64,000 bases of DNA from Fistulifera solaris (taxonomy: Eukaryota). Every line of letters begins with the position of its first letter. Within the stretch, counting starts at the first letter, position 1. Made by a program: the position numbers and the translations under genes. The notes beneath the pieces are model-generated. The model made no database searches. It worked only from the letters and a program-made list of their open reading frames with translations, and was not told the origin of the DNA. The DNA lies in NCBI GenBank assembly GCA_030295235.1, contig AP026130.1, positions 558,001-622,000 of the forward strand, given 5' to 3'. This document shows, piece by piece, positions 63,693-64,000 of the stretch.

Positions 63693-64000
63693 TTAAAGTG
63701 ACTCAATAGAAGGCAATCCAGTTCTCTTTCGGAGACGCTCCGCTACCAAGAAAGCCAATTCCAAGGCTTGCTTGCCATTGAGGCGGGGATCGCAGTACGT
63801 GTTGTAGCGGTCGCTCAATGACTGCTCCGTGACACCACTCACACCACCCGTGCACTCGGTGACATCTTCACCGGTCATTTCCAAATGAACACCTCCGGGG
63901 TGGCTGCCCATCTCATCGTGAACATCAAAAAATGCACGAAGTTCGGCTCGGATGGCTTCGAAACTTCGGGTCTTGATGCCGTCTTCCGTTTTGTACGTGT
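63693..64000 (-). CDS. Class II DAHP synthase, 3' end (gene continues beyond the window)
   Basis: Motifs: [41 protein letters not shown]-x-T-x-CDPRLN-x2-QALELAF. Confidence 0.93.
   Translation of the reverse strand, partial: TYKTEDGIKTRSFEAIRAELRAFFDVHDEMGSHPGGVHLEMTGEDVTECTGGVSGVTEQSLSDRYNTYCDPRLNGKQALELAFLVAERLRKRTGLPSIESL

Noticed and set aside
1..64000. CRISPR arrays, rRNA/tRNA genes, transposases, LTR elements, viral or bacterial inserts
   Set aside because: I recognised no repeat-spacer periodicity, RNA gene signatures, RT/integrase/transposase motifs or operon-like intronless blocks by eye. A covariance-model scan was not possible.

Overview
Gene-dense eukaryotic nuclear DNA with short GT-AG introns and short intergenic gaps. 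The gene content points to a diatom, probably a raphid pennate (inference): a DUF6824 protein, a diatom-type HSF, a bipartite ASAF-type plastid presequence and an Lsi2-like transporter. I find about 29 protein-coding genes: MSH6, SF3B3, TRAPPC13, Lsi2-like transporter, LCB2, BSD protein, CCT protein, Sgf11, RNF216-like RBR ligase, EMC1, JmjC oxygenase, HAD 5'-nucleotidase, catalytically dead trypsin, PDR-type ABCG, two tandem GLTP-fold genes, TIM50, proteasome alpha3 and alpha1, SWEET, SNAPC3, an EF-hand/RXL membrane protein, an unknown polytopic protein, HSF, ARM-repeat, ankyrin-repeat, DUF6824, RNASEK/V-ATPase f, and the 3' end of a class II DAHP synthase. About 20 genes carry 1-nt frameshifts, nearly all in homopolymer runs. 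These are most likely consensus errors, so the ORF track splits many real genes. I recognised no rRNA, tRNA, CRISPR array or transposon. The best leads are an Lsi2-like transporter with an RXL-bearing N-terminal extension, a head-to-head ABCG plus tandem membrane-anchored GLTP module, a frame-preserving 27-nt MSH6 micro-exon carrying the mismatch-binding F-x-E motif, and two recurring promoter motifs. All family calls come from motifs recognised by eye, not from database searches.
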